Source: Amoebidium appalachense
Taxonomy: Eukaryota; Protista; Ichthyosporea
Assembly: GCA_963693365.1 (NCBI GenBank)
Contig: CAVNZM010000001.1
Coordinates: 17,842,783 to 17,906,782, forward strand
DNA length: 64,000 bases
Direction of reading: 5' to 3'
Each line of letters starts with the position of its first letter. Within the stretch, counting starts at the first letter, position 1. Below are positions 1-27,521 of the stretch, in pieces. The notes beneath the pieces are model-generated. The model did no database searches. It worked only from the letters and a program-made list of their open reading frames with translations, and had not been told where the DNA came from. A program made the translations under genes and the position numbers.

Positions 1-2408
1 ACCAGTGAGAGGGAAGCTTAGCCTTAGTATATGCTCTCACACATGAGTGGAGAGTATATCTCTATGATCGGAAATTTCGCGTATATACGGATCATAAGCC
101 GAATTTATGTATTACTGGGGGCACACGTATTGCTAACAATAGGATTTATCGCTGGGCTGCAAAGCTGCAAGGCTTTGACTTCCAGTTATTTTATAAAAAG
201 GGTTCTGACTTTCCGGAAGCTGATGGCATCAGTCGCATTCCTTATGCAGCTGAGGACCAATCAGACGAACCGCCTGCAGATCACTCTCAGGAAGCAGATA
301 GATGGGTGCATTATGATAAAACTTTGATGATACTGAGTTAGAGCGTGTAGTAGTCTCGTCAGTTCATTTTCCTGACTCAGATTCCTACACTACTCCTTCT
401 CACGCCCCTATGCCTTTGCAAGCGCATGTCGCAGCATGCTTACCATATTTGGGTATATCCGCCACCCATATTCACATAAACCTTTCTCCGCCAGCGGACG
501 GTCTCTGAGAAATTAGTTTAGAAGGGTCCCTTCGTTCGGTGATGGTTAAACAGAGAGCGGATGTGAATTCTCTTGATGTAGTGCAGGTTCCCCTGCATAC
601 AGAAGAAGATTCGCATGTTTTTTACCTTAATAATTTTGCTTCCAAAAATGGCAATACCTCTCAAAATCCCCCTTCGCATCCTGTGCAGATGGCTGCCTTA
701 GCTGGGGCTGGCTACCAGAGAGATGCGATAGTAGCAGCACAACGTAATGATCCCCTATGTGGTGATATCATTACTTTGCTGTCTACAAAAGTCCCTGGGG
801 GTTCCAAAAAGCATGAATACATGCAAAAACTAACGCAAAATATCACACGGAACAACACTTCTCCCTTAGAAAATATGGAAGAAAATGTACAGGACGCCAC
901 ACCACGTATTAGTAATGCGAAGAGGAGAAAACTCGCTCGCATTGCTCGTCACTGTTTTGTGGAAAATAATGTCTTATATTATTTTTCTCCGGATGGTAGA
1001 AAGTTGTTCGTTCCTGAGGTCTTATATCACGAATTATTAGAGAGTGTGCACGATAAGATGGGCCATTTTGGTGTGCATCGCACGTTAAAGGCGCTGCGCG
1101 CGTATTATTGGCCAGGTATGAGTAGGTATGTGCATAGGTGGGTGCGCTCGTGTGTTGGGTGTCAGGCCCGTAATTCTGACCCACACATGAATGTTAGACC
1201 ATCCCCACCTCCATCCCTCACTCCTACAAAATTATTCGAAAGAATAAGTATTGATACGATCGTGCCCTCTAAACCTTACAAAAATGGAAATACCAAAATT
1301 GTCTTTATTATTGATATTCCTACTAGATAGGCATAAGCCTTTGCGGTAACCGATGAAACGGCTGCCACAATTGCTCGGCTTATCTTGGACAAGTTTTGTT
1401 ATGTTTATGGCCCACCTAGGTCATTATTGTCTGACCGTGGTGCAAAATTTCTTTCGGAGATAGTGCTAGAGCTGTGTAAAATGTTGAATATCACAAAACT
1501 TAACACAGCAGCTTATCACCCTCAAACTAATGCCATAAATGAACGGTCCCACAGACCTATTAATGATGCCATTAGTAAGTATGTGAATTTGGATGGACAT
1601 GATGGGGATGAATATCTAGCTCCCGTTATGTTTGGGTATATAGTTACCCCACATGCGGCTACTGGGTATTCACCATATTATCTCGTATTCGGGCAACATC
1701 ATCCTACCCTTTTTCCGGACGTCTCAGGCTCTTTTGCCTCCTGGGGAACCCATGAAGCAACCAGATCTAGAGTACACTGCTCTAAGGGAAAAAGCGATAT
1801 GGCAAATTCAGATTGTGCGGCATATGCAAATGAATAAGCCACCTGAATATGCTAAGAATAATTCGCAAAAATCAGATCAAGTTGCGAAAATTCGCAAATT
1901 TTTCAGAGGAGGCCCAGTGATGATCAATGCTTCTGAGCATCCCGGTAAATTTTTCCCTCGTTGGCACCACGGATTCGAGGTGGTCAAGCAAGTGGGAGAA
2001 CTAACTTATCGTGTCAGAAATAAGCAAGATTTAAATGATATTCGTATTCTCAATGTTAATGATATTAATCTAGAAGTGCCTCTCTCTGTACGTGGTGTTA
2101 TGCCCAACAATGATAACCTCCCTGTGACTGGTCAGTCACACGGCTGGAATATCGTTGCAGATGATGAAGTAGAAATAGAGGCCAGTCTAGATATGAAGAT
2201 AGAACACCCAGATTCCTTACGAAACCGGCGTGCTCTACCTACACAGAAATATCTGGTCCGCCTTAAAGCTGACCGTGATAATCCTGTGTGGATGGATAAA
2301 ACACAGTTGAGGTCATGTGCAAAATTAATTGCTGAATTTGAGTCTAAATTTGATCCGACACAAGTCCCTCTTCCCCACGTGCAGGAAGAGCAGGACTTGC
2401 CCGTATAA
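1..2408 (+). mobile_element. Degenerate Ty3/gypsy (chromovirus-like) LTR retrotransposon pol: RNase H tail, integrase, C-terminal chromodomain; 5' part lies outside the window
   Basis: The window opens with TSEREA-x-ALVYAL-like RNase H residues. ORF 539-1330 has the integrase zinc-binding HHCC region (VHDKMGHFGVHRT...YYWPGM...WVRSCVGCQ) and FERISIDT. ORF 1385-1837 has LLSDRGAKF...TAAYHPQTNAINER and PHAATGYSPYYLVFG. ORF 1653-2408 ends in a chromodomain-like KYLVRLK...PVW...CAKLIAEFE. In-frame stops at ~1328-1336 (TR*A*AF) and frameshifts break the frame. Confidence 0.92.
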
Positions 2409-2561
2409 AATTTAGCACCTGGCTATGATTGGTTCGTTAGGAACCATTCTCCACAACACAGATCGTAAGCTGATGCTTATGACTATATGTCGTTTTCTGA
2501 CACACATATCTCAACCTATCACTCACTCCTTCGAGGACGAAGGATCTTAAGGGGGGGGTAC

Positions 2562-3143
2562 TGTGGTGTGATTGCGCCATATGGGGTAAAATACCATCAA
2601 ATAGTAGCCAATAGGATACGAGCCTGGCGCTCCATGTATAGATGAGGTATTCAATGAGTGCGCCTACGTGTCCTGGAGACACCTTCCCGGACATCAGCCT
2701 GCGCTCTGTGCTGTGCAGAGGGCCGATAGTAAAGGGGTAGGGAAACGAGTGAGTCCCCGTTAACCCCCAGTGTTGGTGTCGCGTTGCCTTTTCCCCTATA
2801 ATTCCGTTCAAAGAACCCACTTCAACACACGTATACACACTAGAGACACAACACCCCCCTCTTGCTCTCTATCTCTCTCTCTCTCTCCCCCCCCCCCCCC
2901 CCCCCCTTCCCCCCTTCCCTCCCCCCCCCCCCCCTCTCGCTCTCTCTCTCTCTCCCCCCCCCCCCCCCCCCCCCGCCTACCCCCCCCCTCCTCCCTCCCT
3001 CTCTCTCTCTCCCCCTAACCCTCCCCCCCTCCACCCTGCCCCCTGCAGAAGTCGTGTGTTGAGACAAAAATCATGCCGGTTTATTCCAAACCGTCGTCCT
3101 AATTGGGTGGTTACCGAGCCCCAGGGAGTCAACTTTACCAACA
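2562..3143 (+). repeat. Probable 3' LTR of the gypsy element; right end uncertain
   Basis: A polypurine tract (AAGGGGGGGG, 2549-2558) is followed by TGTGGTG at 2562. The end is placed tentatively at TTTACCAACA (~3143). No 5' LTR is present in the window for comparison. Confidence 0.45.
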
Positions 3144-4006
3144 GTACAGACTGAGTCCGATTCAAGTACAGACATGGCGGAATGTCTTAGACACTAGTGA
3201 GGCCTTTTTTTGTGACATTTAGAGAAACTCCGGAAAAACATCCAGACTTTCGGCTTTCGTCGCCTACTACTTTTCTTGCCCGGCAAAACCAGAAGTATCG
3301 AATGCGTTAGTATGGTAAGTTAAGATTGGTCGCTTTGGGAAAAGTAATAGTTGACGTTACTTAGTCTATGTGTTTGTGAGCCGTACCTTGCGCCAGTGGT
3401 TGAGCTGGCGCTAGAAGACTGACGGAAACATTTATGTGGCTACGCATCATAATAATGAGAACCGAAAACATATTCGATCTACCCAAATGCAGACACACGC
3501 GCCCCCGGGCCACATAAACAATTGCAAGTACGTGTACTATGTCACACAGTCACACGAATGTACATAAACACACAGACACACAGTGTCACGTGACGCAGAC
3601 TAAACAGACAGACACAAACACGCACACACACACACACCGTTAACTACGCACACACGCACACACACACACAAATACAAGCATGTAGCACGTACATGCATAT
3701 GGACACACACACGCACACGCACACGCACACGCGTGCACGCATGTTCATATGCACACGCACACGCACGCACACACGCACACACGCACACGCACGCACGCAC
3801 GCACACACACACACACACACACCGTACATAGGTTCATATACGTTGTGCAGCAGCCACTCGAGGAGCATGCATAATAAAACATAAACTCCGCGACACGAAT
3901 ACACCTGCGTGGCACTGGGCAAAAACACACGCGTACGCATACCCACCACCACACACGCACACACACACACACACACACACCGCACACACACACCGCACAC
4001 ACACAC

Positions 4007-4115
<109 letters not shown>

Positions 4116-4751
4116 TGGCACGCACACACGCACACACGTACAAGTACACGCACACGCACACGCAAACGCACACGCAAACGCAAACGCACATGCACGCACA
4201 CGAATGAGTCATACGCTTGTATAAACGCGCGGCGGCAGATGTGCCAATGCACACACACCATCCCAAAACAAGCCCGGGGCTTTTCAATTCAGGGCGGATC
4301 CGGCTAAACGGGGCACGTCACCTGATCATACATATCAGCCAGAATTATCCACTGGCACTGCCAAAATGTGTGAACTAAATAGATATGAAACACGCATTGG
4401 GTTGTGGATAACTTCATATGGTCATGATATTCTGCTCGAGGGGTATTCTTTTCTTCTCAGTTGGCCGAAAAGCCTAGTATAATTGTGAAGTCTTGTTTAC
4501 ATCGCTTTATAGGGCCAATCAAATCATTTCTTCCAAGGCTGCTTAAATCTAGATCTTGAGAACATCCTAAGCTTCAGAGCAGGGGGTACACAATGGCGAC
4601 ACATTTATTTCAAATTCAACAATTTTGTAGAACATTTTAGGTTATTTAATCCCCTGGTGTGACGGTCGGGTAAAGTGTGTTGGGTCTAGTGTATTGAAAG
4701 ATATTTTGTTAATATGCAGCCTGGGTCCAAATCACTAATAGGGAGGGTGTA

Positions 4752-5438
4752 TCCCATCCTGAAGTGAGCAAATCAATATTTCAAATGGTTTTTGGGTAAA
4801 TACAATATTTCCAATTGCTACAATCGATCCAATGCGATCGGACATTTTGCATATTGATGAATTCGCAACATTTCGATTTCGAATTCAAACGGATATTTGG
4901 ACAAATCCCCCAATTTCAATGAAACAATATGTAGAACAATTGAATCAATGCGCCAGTCCGTGCCTAAGATTTACCTGTAGGAAGCTCTGTCCGTGGCAGT
5001 GGACAGACGCGCACTTCGTGTGTGCACGTGTATACACGCACGCGTACATGTGCCCCTATGCATCCTGTGACACAGCACGCATATGTCTAGGTGACAACGC
5101 CTGACAATGATAGGGTTTTTCTCCTTGTAGATTCTCGTATATTCTTCTTTCTCTTCTTTCCCTTTTCTGGACGTACCATTTCCGTCTGTCCGTCGGTTCT
5201 CATGCAGTACAATCTATATATGCATGTTCATGCGTGCACACGTCCGTGTAGCGGTTAGCACTGATGTCAAAGAAGAAGCACGCACGAGCTCATTTCATCA
5301 ATTAAAGAGAGAGAGAGAGGGAGAGGGGGAGGGGGGAGGGGAGGGGGGAGGGGGAGGGGGAGAGGGAGGGGGACGGGGCCGGGACGGGGAGGGAGGAAGG
5401 GGGGGGGGGGGGGGGGGGGGGGAGCTCCAGAGAACTCT

Positions 5439-5471
<33 letters not shown>

Positions 5472-5927
5472 CTAGAGAGAGGCAGAGAGAAAGAGAGTGT
5501 GTATACGTGTGCATGTATGATTTACATCAATGATCATGGCACTTGTTATACGGATGTGTGATCTGTGGTTTGTAAACGTGCGGTGATCTTGACATTCACT
5601 TCTAAAAACACGTTCATGACGATTATCACTGCCAGACGAGGCCAGACAGAGAACAAAGATCGTCGTATGATCCACTTCTTTGTAAATGTTGTGTCAACAG
5701 ACACAGAGTCAGAAGCCGGGGCCGAAAAAGAAAAAGCCGTGGTGTGTTTGTGGGTGTTTAGGGAAAGAAGGGGGGGGGGGTGGTTGTGGGTGGGGCAGGG
5801 CGAGAGGAGGAGGAGGAGGGGGGGGGGGGGGGGAAGGGGGGGAGAGAGGGAAAGAGAGAGAGAGAGAGAAAGAGAGATACGGTTGAGTTGAGTGGGTGGG
5901 TGCACTGCCATGGGCCCACGGTGGGAT

Positions 5928-5961
<34 letters not shown>

Positions 5962-6059
5962 GGGGGAGGAAGCGTGTGTGCTGGCTGTTTGTATGTGTGA
6001 CACGTGTGTGTGTGTGTGTGTGTGTGTGCTATGTCTGTGAGTGCGCTCATGCAAGCATG

Positions 6060-6100
<41 letters not shown>

Positions 6101-6798
6101 AGGGAATCGACGGTTGTGGCCCGGAAGGCAGAAGGTGAGTGGGAAGTGGATGGGTACGTTGTTAGGGATGAGCAAGTGAAATAAAATGGGAGAATACAAG
6201 GCCCCGAAAGGGTAACAGAAAAGAGCAGGGTGGGCGGGCGGCCGCGCCTCCGGGGGGAGGGGAGGGGGGGGGGGGGGGGGGGGGGGGGAGAACGACAGCC
6301 ATGGAGGGACGGGAAGAGAAGAGAGACAACACATGCCCAAAAAACTTAGAAAAAGTACCCACACACATGCAGTCCTCCCCCCCCCCCCCCCCCCTTCCCC
6401 CCGCCCCCCCTTCCCCCCCAAATAGACATAAACGTTCCCACATCCTAACACAGCCACCCACACCCTTGTATGCAAACACACTCCCAAACTTACACCCAAC
6501 CACTCACCCACATACATACGCAAGAGCAAGAATGAGAGCCAGCAAGAGGAGAGCTTCATCACAGGAAAGAGATGCACGGATGAAGGGAGAAGAAGACTCG
6601 GAAAGGAGCACGGATGAAGGGAGAAGAAGACTCGGAAAGGAGAAGAGGTGATCTGTGTCTGTGTCTGTGGGAGAGGGGGGGGGGAGGGTATGACAAGAAC
6701 GCGAAAGAGACGTAGAGAGAGACAGAGGGGAATGAGAGAGAGCAGAAAAGATCATGATTGGAAAGTGAAAGAGTGAGGCGGGGGGTGGGGTGGGGAGG

Positions 6799-6841
<43 letters not shown>

Positions 6842-7273
6842 TGTGTGTGTGTGTGTGTGTGTAACGGAGAGAGATGAGGGAGAGAGACAACGGACGGGGG
6901 CTCCTGCCTGACTTGAGATGCCATGAGTGATAGAAGGAGGATGTTGGGATTAGGGACAGCGGTAGCTGCGGGTGAGTGGGAAGAACATGGAAGGAAAGGA
7001 GTCCTCCCGTGAGGAATGAGAGGAAAAAGTAAGAGAGGAGAGAGGACATCCTCCGGTACCATGGTGTGCGTCAGTGCGTCTGCGTGTGGGTGTAGCAATG
7101 TACGTCTGTGTTGGTGTGTGCAATGGCTTGCCTGAGTGTGCGAGCATGTTTGTCACAGTGTGAGTATGTGTGCGCACGTGCACCCACTGCCTGTGGTGTG
7201 TGTGTGCGTGCATATGCAGGTGGGTGTTTGTGTGTGTGTGCGTGTGTGCGTGCGTGCGTAAGTGCGTGCGTGC

Positions 7274-7312
<39 letters not shown>

Positions 7313-8103
7313 TGTGTGTGAATCGGCTGACCAAGGCAGGGGTAGGGAGTAAAAAGGGCGCTGGGGCGGGTTAAAATATAAGGAGATCCGGACGAGAAGA
7401 GCGAGGGAGAAAGGGGAAAGGGGGAGACTGGCCGCTCCAGTCCCACCGCAGTTGAGCTAGTTGAGCTTCTGTTGTGTGTAAAGAAACTTACCTTACATAG
7501 TTCGCTAAGGCCAGTGTCCACCAGGAGAACTGCAGCTGTTTGAACTGAGCCAGCGCTTCTACCTCTGCGCCATTCCTCACTCGTGTGTGCTTGTGCCACC
7601 AGTACCTTGTGTGTGCGTGGGCGCCGTGTGTATGTGTGCGTGTGCAAGTGCGCGGCTGAAACCAGGGAGGGTGAATCGGATCGTGCAGAAAAGGAAGAGA
7701 TCTAGAAGAGAATGTACGAGAATCTACAAGGAGAAAAACCCCATCATTGTCAGGCGTTGTCACTTAGACAGATGCGTACTGTGTCACAGGATACATAGGG
7801 GCACATGTACGCGTGCGTGTATACACGTGCACACACGAAGTGCGCGTCTGTCCACTGAGGTACGCCACGGAGAGAGCTTCCTACAGGTAAATCTTAGGCA
7901 CGGACTGGCACATTGATTCAATTGTTCTATTGTTTCATTGAAATTGGGGGACTTGTCCAAATATCCGTTTGAATTCGAAATCGAAATGTTGCGAATTCAT
8001 CAATGTGCAAAATGTCCGATCGCATTCGATCCATTGTAGCAATTGGATATATTGAATTTGCCCAAAAACCATTTGACATTGATTTGGTCACTTCAGGATG
8101 GTA
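4752..8103. mobile_element. Non-autonomous DNA transposon / foldback-like element with ~420-bp terminal inverted repeats and probable TA target-site duplication
   Basis: About 4752-5170 is the reverse complement of about 7682-8103 with scattered mismatches (e.g. CCATCCTGAAGTGAGCAAATCAAT vs ATTGATTTGGTCACTTCAGGATGG; GCCAGTCCGTGCCTAAGATTTACCTGTAGGAAGCTCT vs AGAGCTTCCTACAGGTAAATCTTAGGCACGGACTGGC). TA sits at 4750-4751 and at 8104-8105. The interior is mostly microsatellite with no transposase ORF. Confidence 0.85.
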
Positions 8104-8570
8104 TAGGCTAGAGGGTGGTGGATCTGATCATCTGGGCATTCAAACTTGAGTAAAAGAAATGTAGTCTGTGATGAAATTTCAAATGTGATTTTATTCCATG
8201 AGATAGCTCTTTTTTTTTAATTTATATAATTATAACAAAACGTTTTTTGGTTGCAAACTTCAACAACCTTAACAACTATGAATGTACGAACAATTTAAGA
8301 GAAGTATAAAAAGCGAAGCAATAACGGGGTTGTGCCGCGGGGCTATAAATAAAAGCCATCGTTTGGTGTTAGTCTAAACATGTACTATAAATCCTATAAA
8401 GTCATATAAAAGAATTTAAATTCTAAGTAAAAAATCTAGGGGGTTTATGCACTTTGTTTTGCTGCGGACATCGTCCTCACTTGACGGCCTACTGCGTTTT
8501 CCAGCGCAGCCAATTAAATGCAACTAGTGACTTATGTACACTGTATGCAATAAACTAACCCTAGTATAGA

Positions 8571-9044
8571 TTATGGATAAGCAGAAGCTAGCATTGGTAG
8601 CTCCGAGAGAAAGTTAAGACACCGTATCACAATATCATACTGTGCACCATTAATAAGGTGATCTAACACGGTCATTTTATAACGGATATACTGGGGGAGA
8701 GAAGTAGAAAAGAGAATAAAGCCGCCCATAACCTCCGGTTCTACCACATTAGCCATCCCATATGCATGTAACAGGTCACACTTATTGATAGATATGCATC
8801 CGCGAGTAAACCGCCCCCCACACATATTACACATACGAGCAGGAGACACCAAACACCGATTACAACGCCAAGACATACTCATCTTTGCATATTTATACGA
8901 CACAACATCATGAATAAACGAATCTATATAGGAGCGAGATTGTCTAACCGTATCCGCCATATAGGCTACTAGTAGTTGGTGTTTTTGCTGACCCAACACT
9001 GGGAGGGACTCGACACGTAAAGCAAAAAGGTATCTATCAGCCAT
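8571..9044 (-). CDS. Orphan intronless ORF, 157 aa, with a C-x2-C-x7-C-x2-C motif (possible zinc ribbon)
   Basis: ATG-to-TAA ORF in non-repetitive, AT-rich sequence; contains CNRCLVSPARMCNMCGG. No family recognised, and it lacks the GC3 bias of the host genes. Confidence 0.35.
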   Translation of the reverse strand: MADRYLFALRVESLPVLGQQKHQLLVAYMADTVRQSRSYIDSFIHDVVSYKYAKMSMSWRCNRCLVSPARMCNMCGGRFTRGCISINKCDLLHAYGMANVVEPEVMGGFILFSTSLPQYIRYKMTVLDHLINGAQYDIVIRCLNFLSELPMLASAYP

Positions 9045-9338
9045 AGACTTGAAACAATTCTAATCTACCGTAGTTTAGGGAGTCAACATGGGCCAACTCT
9101 ATTCTCCAATCAGTGCTCGCCAATGCCGTGGCCGAGATCTCTGCCGGCGGCCCTATTGCAAGCATAGGGGAAAACATATCACCGGTGCACCGGCTGTTAG
9201 CCACTCGCGAGCCGTTTTGTTTATTTACACCTCTATCAAACACAACGTTACCACACAACGTAGCGCTTTTCAATCCGAACTCCCAGATGATTCGGCACAT
9301 CACACGTTGCGCATGGACTAGCTAGGTTGTCACTGAGA

Positions 9339-10640
9339 ATGGCAGTTGCCGGGTCAAACACTCGCCCTTTAGTTGTTGGAAAAGCACGCGTTCCTTCGGA
9401 CATGGCTGCGAACAGTCCACGCAGTTTGTCCACCAGCACCACTAACTCCATCATAGCAGATGGGGCTGACCACACGTCGGTCAAGGTGTCTGGTGGCATT
9501 CCCCACGAGAAAAACACACGTTTCTGGCGCCGTCTTAGTGTCACTTCGTTTGGTTCATACTCGAGCATGACATCTAGAGTTTCTGCGCCGGCAGGAAATG
9601 ATTCACCCCGCACACCCACAACACCCGGGGCTGACTTTAGGGTTTCAGCAGACGTCCCATACACGCCAACACACAGCAAGAAAGAACGGTTTTCGCGTCG
9701 CAGCAGTTTGGGGTCATTCAGTTCACGTCTGAGCGCAAGCACCACCAACACCAACACTGCCCACCTTGCAGATATGCACGATGGGCATGGGGCAGGGATG
9801 GATGACGGACACATTGACCGCAAAGGGTCATTTATCAGCGACACATTAAGGCGTAGTCGCTCTGCGTTGCGGTTGGGCACACATAGCAAGCGCACGATTG
9901 AGCAACTTAACGAGGAGCTGACATACAACCACGAGACACTTGCTATGTTGGAGGTTGAAATGGCGCAAATGATGGACCAGCTCAAAGAAACCACCGCCAC
10001 CGTGCAGCAGACAGAGGCAGAGTTGTGGGAGTCAGAAGAGACGGTGCACGATTTGCAGGAGGATAATAGAAAACTCGCCAAAGACACGCAGAGGTTGGGC
10101 GAGGAGGTAAGCACCCTGCTAGCACGTTTGGAGCAGGCAACAACACAGGCAGAGCTCGAGCGCCGGTCTGCCGACACTGTTTACAACTGGTACATGGGGT
10201 CCATGTTGGAGCAAGAGGCACTGAGAACCCGTCTCGACCAACAAAAGCAACGTGCTGCTGCCGCCGCCGCTGTAACTGCTTCTGTCAACACGGTGCCTGC
10301 TAGCGCATCCTCTTTTCCCTGCCTCCGCCTCCCTCCCCCACCCGTTACTGTACCTACACCTGCACCGGCTGCCGCGGCTATTCCAGCACCAGCGGCCTCC
10401 GTTCGGCCCGAGCAGATTGAACCCCGTGAGCTGCCCAAAACTGTCGAGCCTGCGGGCCCCTCCACCCAAACTGCTTCAGCTCAACCACAAAAGAGAAATT
10501 CTCTCCCAACCGTGACGGAAAAGACGGAGAAGGCGACGGTGCCGCCCAAGAGAGCGGCATCTGTGGCACAGAAATCAACGACACAAATAGCAAATGCTTG
10601 GGGGGTGGTTCTTAAGAAGACGGGTGCTGCTTTAAGGTGA
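9339..10640 (+). CDS. Intronless hypothetical protein (~433 aa): Ser/Thr-rich disordered N-terminus, central coiled coil, Pro/Ala-rich linker, C-terminal LKKT (WH2-like) motif
   Basis: Long ORF (track 9327-10640; first ATG 9339, alternative 9402). It has a heptad-rich segment (IEQLNEEL...LEQATTQAELERR), PPPPVTVP, and ends ANAWGVVLKKTGAALR. An AT-rich 3' flank follows. Confidence 0.8.
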   Translation: MAVAGSNTRPLVVGKARVPSDMAANSPRSLSTSTTNSIIADGADHTSVKVSGGIPHEKNTRFWRRLSVTSFGSYSSMTSRVSAPAGNDSPRTPTTPGADFRVSADVPYTPTHSKKERFSRRSSLGSFSSRLSASTTNTNTAHLADMHDGHGAGMDDGHIDRKGSFISDTLRRSRSALRLGTHSKRTIEQLNEELTYNHETLAMLEVEMAQMMDQLKETTATVQQTEAELWESEETVHDLQEDNRKLAKDTQRLGEEVSTLLARLEQATTQAELERRSADTVYNWYMGSMLEQEALRTRLDQQKQRAAAAAAVTASVNTVPASASSFPCLRLPPPPVTVPTPAPAAAAIPAPAASVRPEQIEPRELPKTVEPAGPSTQTASAQPQKRNSLPTVTEKTEKATVPPKRAASVAQKSTTQIANAWGVVLKKTGAALR

Positions 10641-11265
10641 TTTTGATGGGAAACTAAATTTCGCTTTATGTGAAGAAGTGTTGACCTATAGAGTCATTTG
10701 GGAATGTCAAACATAGTTATTGTAGGCTCTTATTTAAATCTTTCAGTATTTTATTGTAACTTGGATGTTGTATTGATACTAAAGTGAGGGCTTTCACGTG
10801 CTGTTTTATCCATAGATGTGCTTTTGAAAGTATGGTGTTTGAAGTTACTTGATTGGGTAAGTTGTATTTAGCTAGCTTTAGTGGAGGCGCACTTAAGACA
10901 TGCGAGTTTTATTTTGATGGGGCTGTTTCTTAAACCACCGGTTTTTGATGTGCGGGAAATTGTTTTGTCATTAATGACTCGCCCATTTACCTGCATCTCC
11001 TGATTGGTTTGATTAAAAATTATTCATGCTGCTGGGAAGGGAAGCAGGGAGACATTATTGCTATCATCAGCACTATAACGCCCGATTCATCTAACGATTT
11101 TTGTCGATCTCTGATTGGGCAGGGAAACTTTAGTGTGGGAAGGATTTCAGCGGGTGCTGGCCACCTGGCATAGTTAAATACTGCTTCATTGTAAATTTTT
11201 AGTGTACCATTGATAAATTTTAATCGTTCATACACCCTGAAAGCAAAAATCGCCCTGTTGAGCTG

Positions 11266-11302
<37 letters not shown>

Positions 11303-11688
11303 CCTCCCCCCCCTCTCCTGGCGGCCGCCCCCAACACACACGTGTGCACACAAGCACACAAACGCACAAACGTACACAAAAACACACAACCACCTACATG
11401 ACCTACTTCAATCATTGCCCTTTCTTTCTACACACACAAATAGACATACACTGAGATACCCTCTAAAAGTGAATAGTAATTAAGCATTAAGTACTCTTAT
11501 AAGTTTGAGGATGCTTTTTCCTTCTTTCGATTTCTATTTTGTTGCTTTAGCACGGACCTAGCTGAACATGGTACATGTAATACAGTACGGTGCACTTCTT
11601 CGCCCCGCCGCTCAAGTTCTCAATGGTATATATTGCATGTATGTTCCAGACTCGATCGAACACGTGCAAAGTTTGCACGCTATATTAG

Positions 11689-11727
<39 letters not shown>

Positions 11728-11947
11728 ACCCACCCACCCACCCACCCAGATATGCACCCTGAAATTAGGTGGGCCCTGCTCAGTGTACCCCTGCAGAGAG
11801 GTACAGTAGATGCGTACGTGTGAACACACACCCTGGGCCAAATTACATGCGCATGCATGAGACAAAATCATGGGTTGATCGAACTAGATAACAAGTTAGT
11901 AGATGGCGCGCAAGAAACGGATGGGAGGAGAGTTGAAGCGGAGAGGG

Positions 11948-12039
<92 letters not shown>

Positions 12040-12760
12040 CGTGTGTGGAAGGGAAGGAGGGTGGGTGGGTGGGTGGGGTGGGGGTGGGGGTGGGGGGGGG
12101 GGGTAACCGTGGGTGGGGACGGGGGGTGAGGACTGTGATAGCGAGTTCACCAGGTGGTATTGAAGGTCATGTGTGCCGCGGTTACGTGACATGAATCTGG
12201 GAACATCCTGCATGTTACAGTAGAGCGGTTGGAGCACAAGTCACAGGTGAAACTGAGGGGTTCAGCAGATCCAGAGAGCATACCCATTATGACAGAAGAC
12301 GTTTACCTGTGTTCATCAATCAAACAACATTTTATTCAGTTTTCAAATGACCAATCCCGAGGCATCAGTTACATGCCATTAGAGTGGGGGCAAAATGCAC
12401 CCCCACTGACAGCCAATCAGTTTACATCATGTATGGCATCATAAGTGCCACCAAATCTTACAAAGACTATCTATTAGCCAAGTGTTTCACTATATTTGCA
12501 TAATGGGGATACCCAAAATGCCTATTTTAAGGAGTATATAAATGACACAGTCAAAGGAATGCTAACAATACACACACTATTTCAGCAACATGAATATTAG
12601 TTGGAAATCTATTTCAGCAACAGCAATATTAGTTGGAAATTGGCCAACTCCATAAATGAAGTTATATCCATTACAAGTCATTTTAACGGAATCTCAGTCT
12701 ATCCCAGTATATCACACTAGTAAATTCTGGATGCAGAGCAGATGAGCCAAAAGGTTTTGC

Positions 12761-27521
<14,761 letters not shown>

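Noticed and set aside
3390-3415. GCGCCAG-TGGTTGAG-CTGGCGC hairpin resembling a tRNA 5' end or a Helitron terminus
   Set aside because: No T-arm/B-box or cloverleaf follows, and the spacing to CTAG is atypical for a Helitron.
9248-10177. 309-aa antisense ORF, and similar antisense ORFs over PFL and the copia pol
   Set aside because: Shadow frames of GC-biased coding sequence on the opposite strand.
11020-11263. Possible minus-strand terminal exon (LNRAIFAFRVYERLKF...)
   Set aside because: No linked upstream exons, no recognisable motif and no codon bias.
12577-12640. Two tandem 32-bp copies (CTATTTCAGCAACA...ATATTAGTTGGAAAT); similar pairs at ~6575-6642 and ~54067-54155
   Set aside because: Only two copies each, no spacer array and no cas genes. 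These are simple local duplications, not CRISPR.
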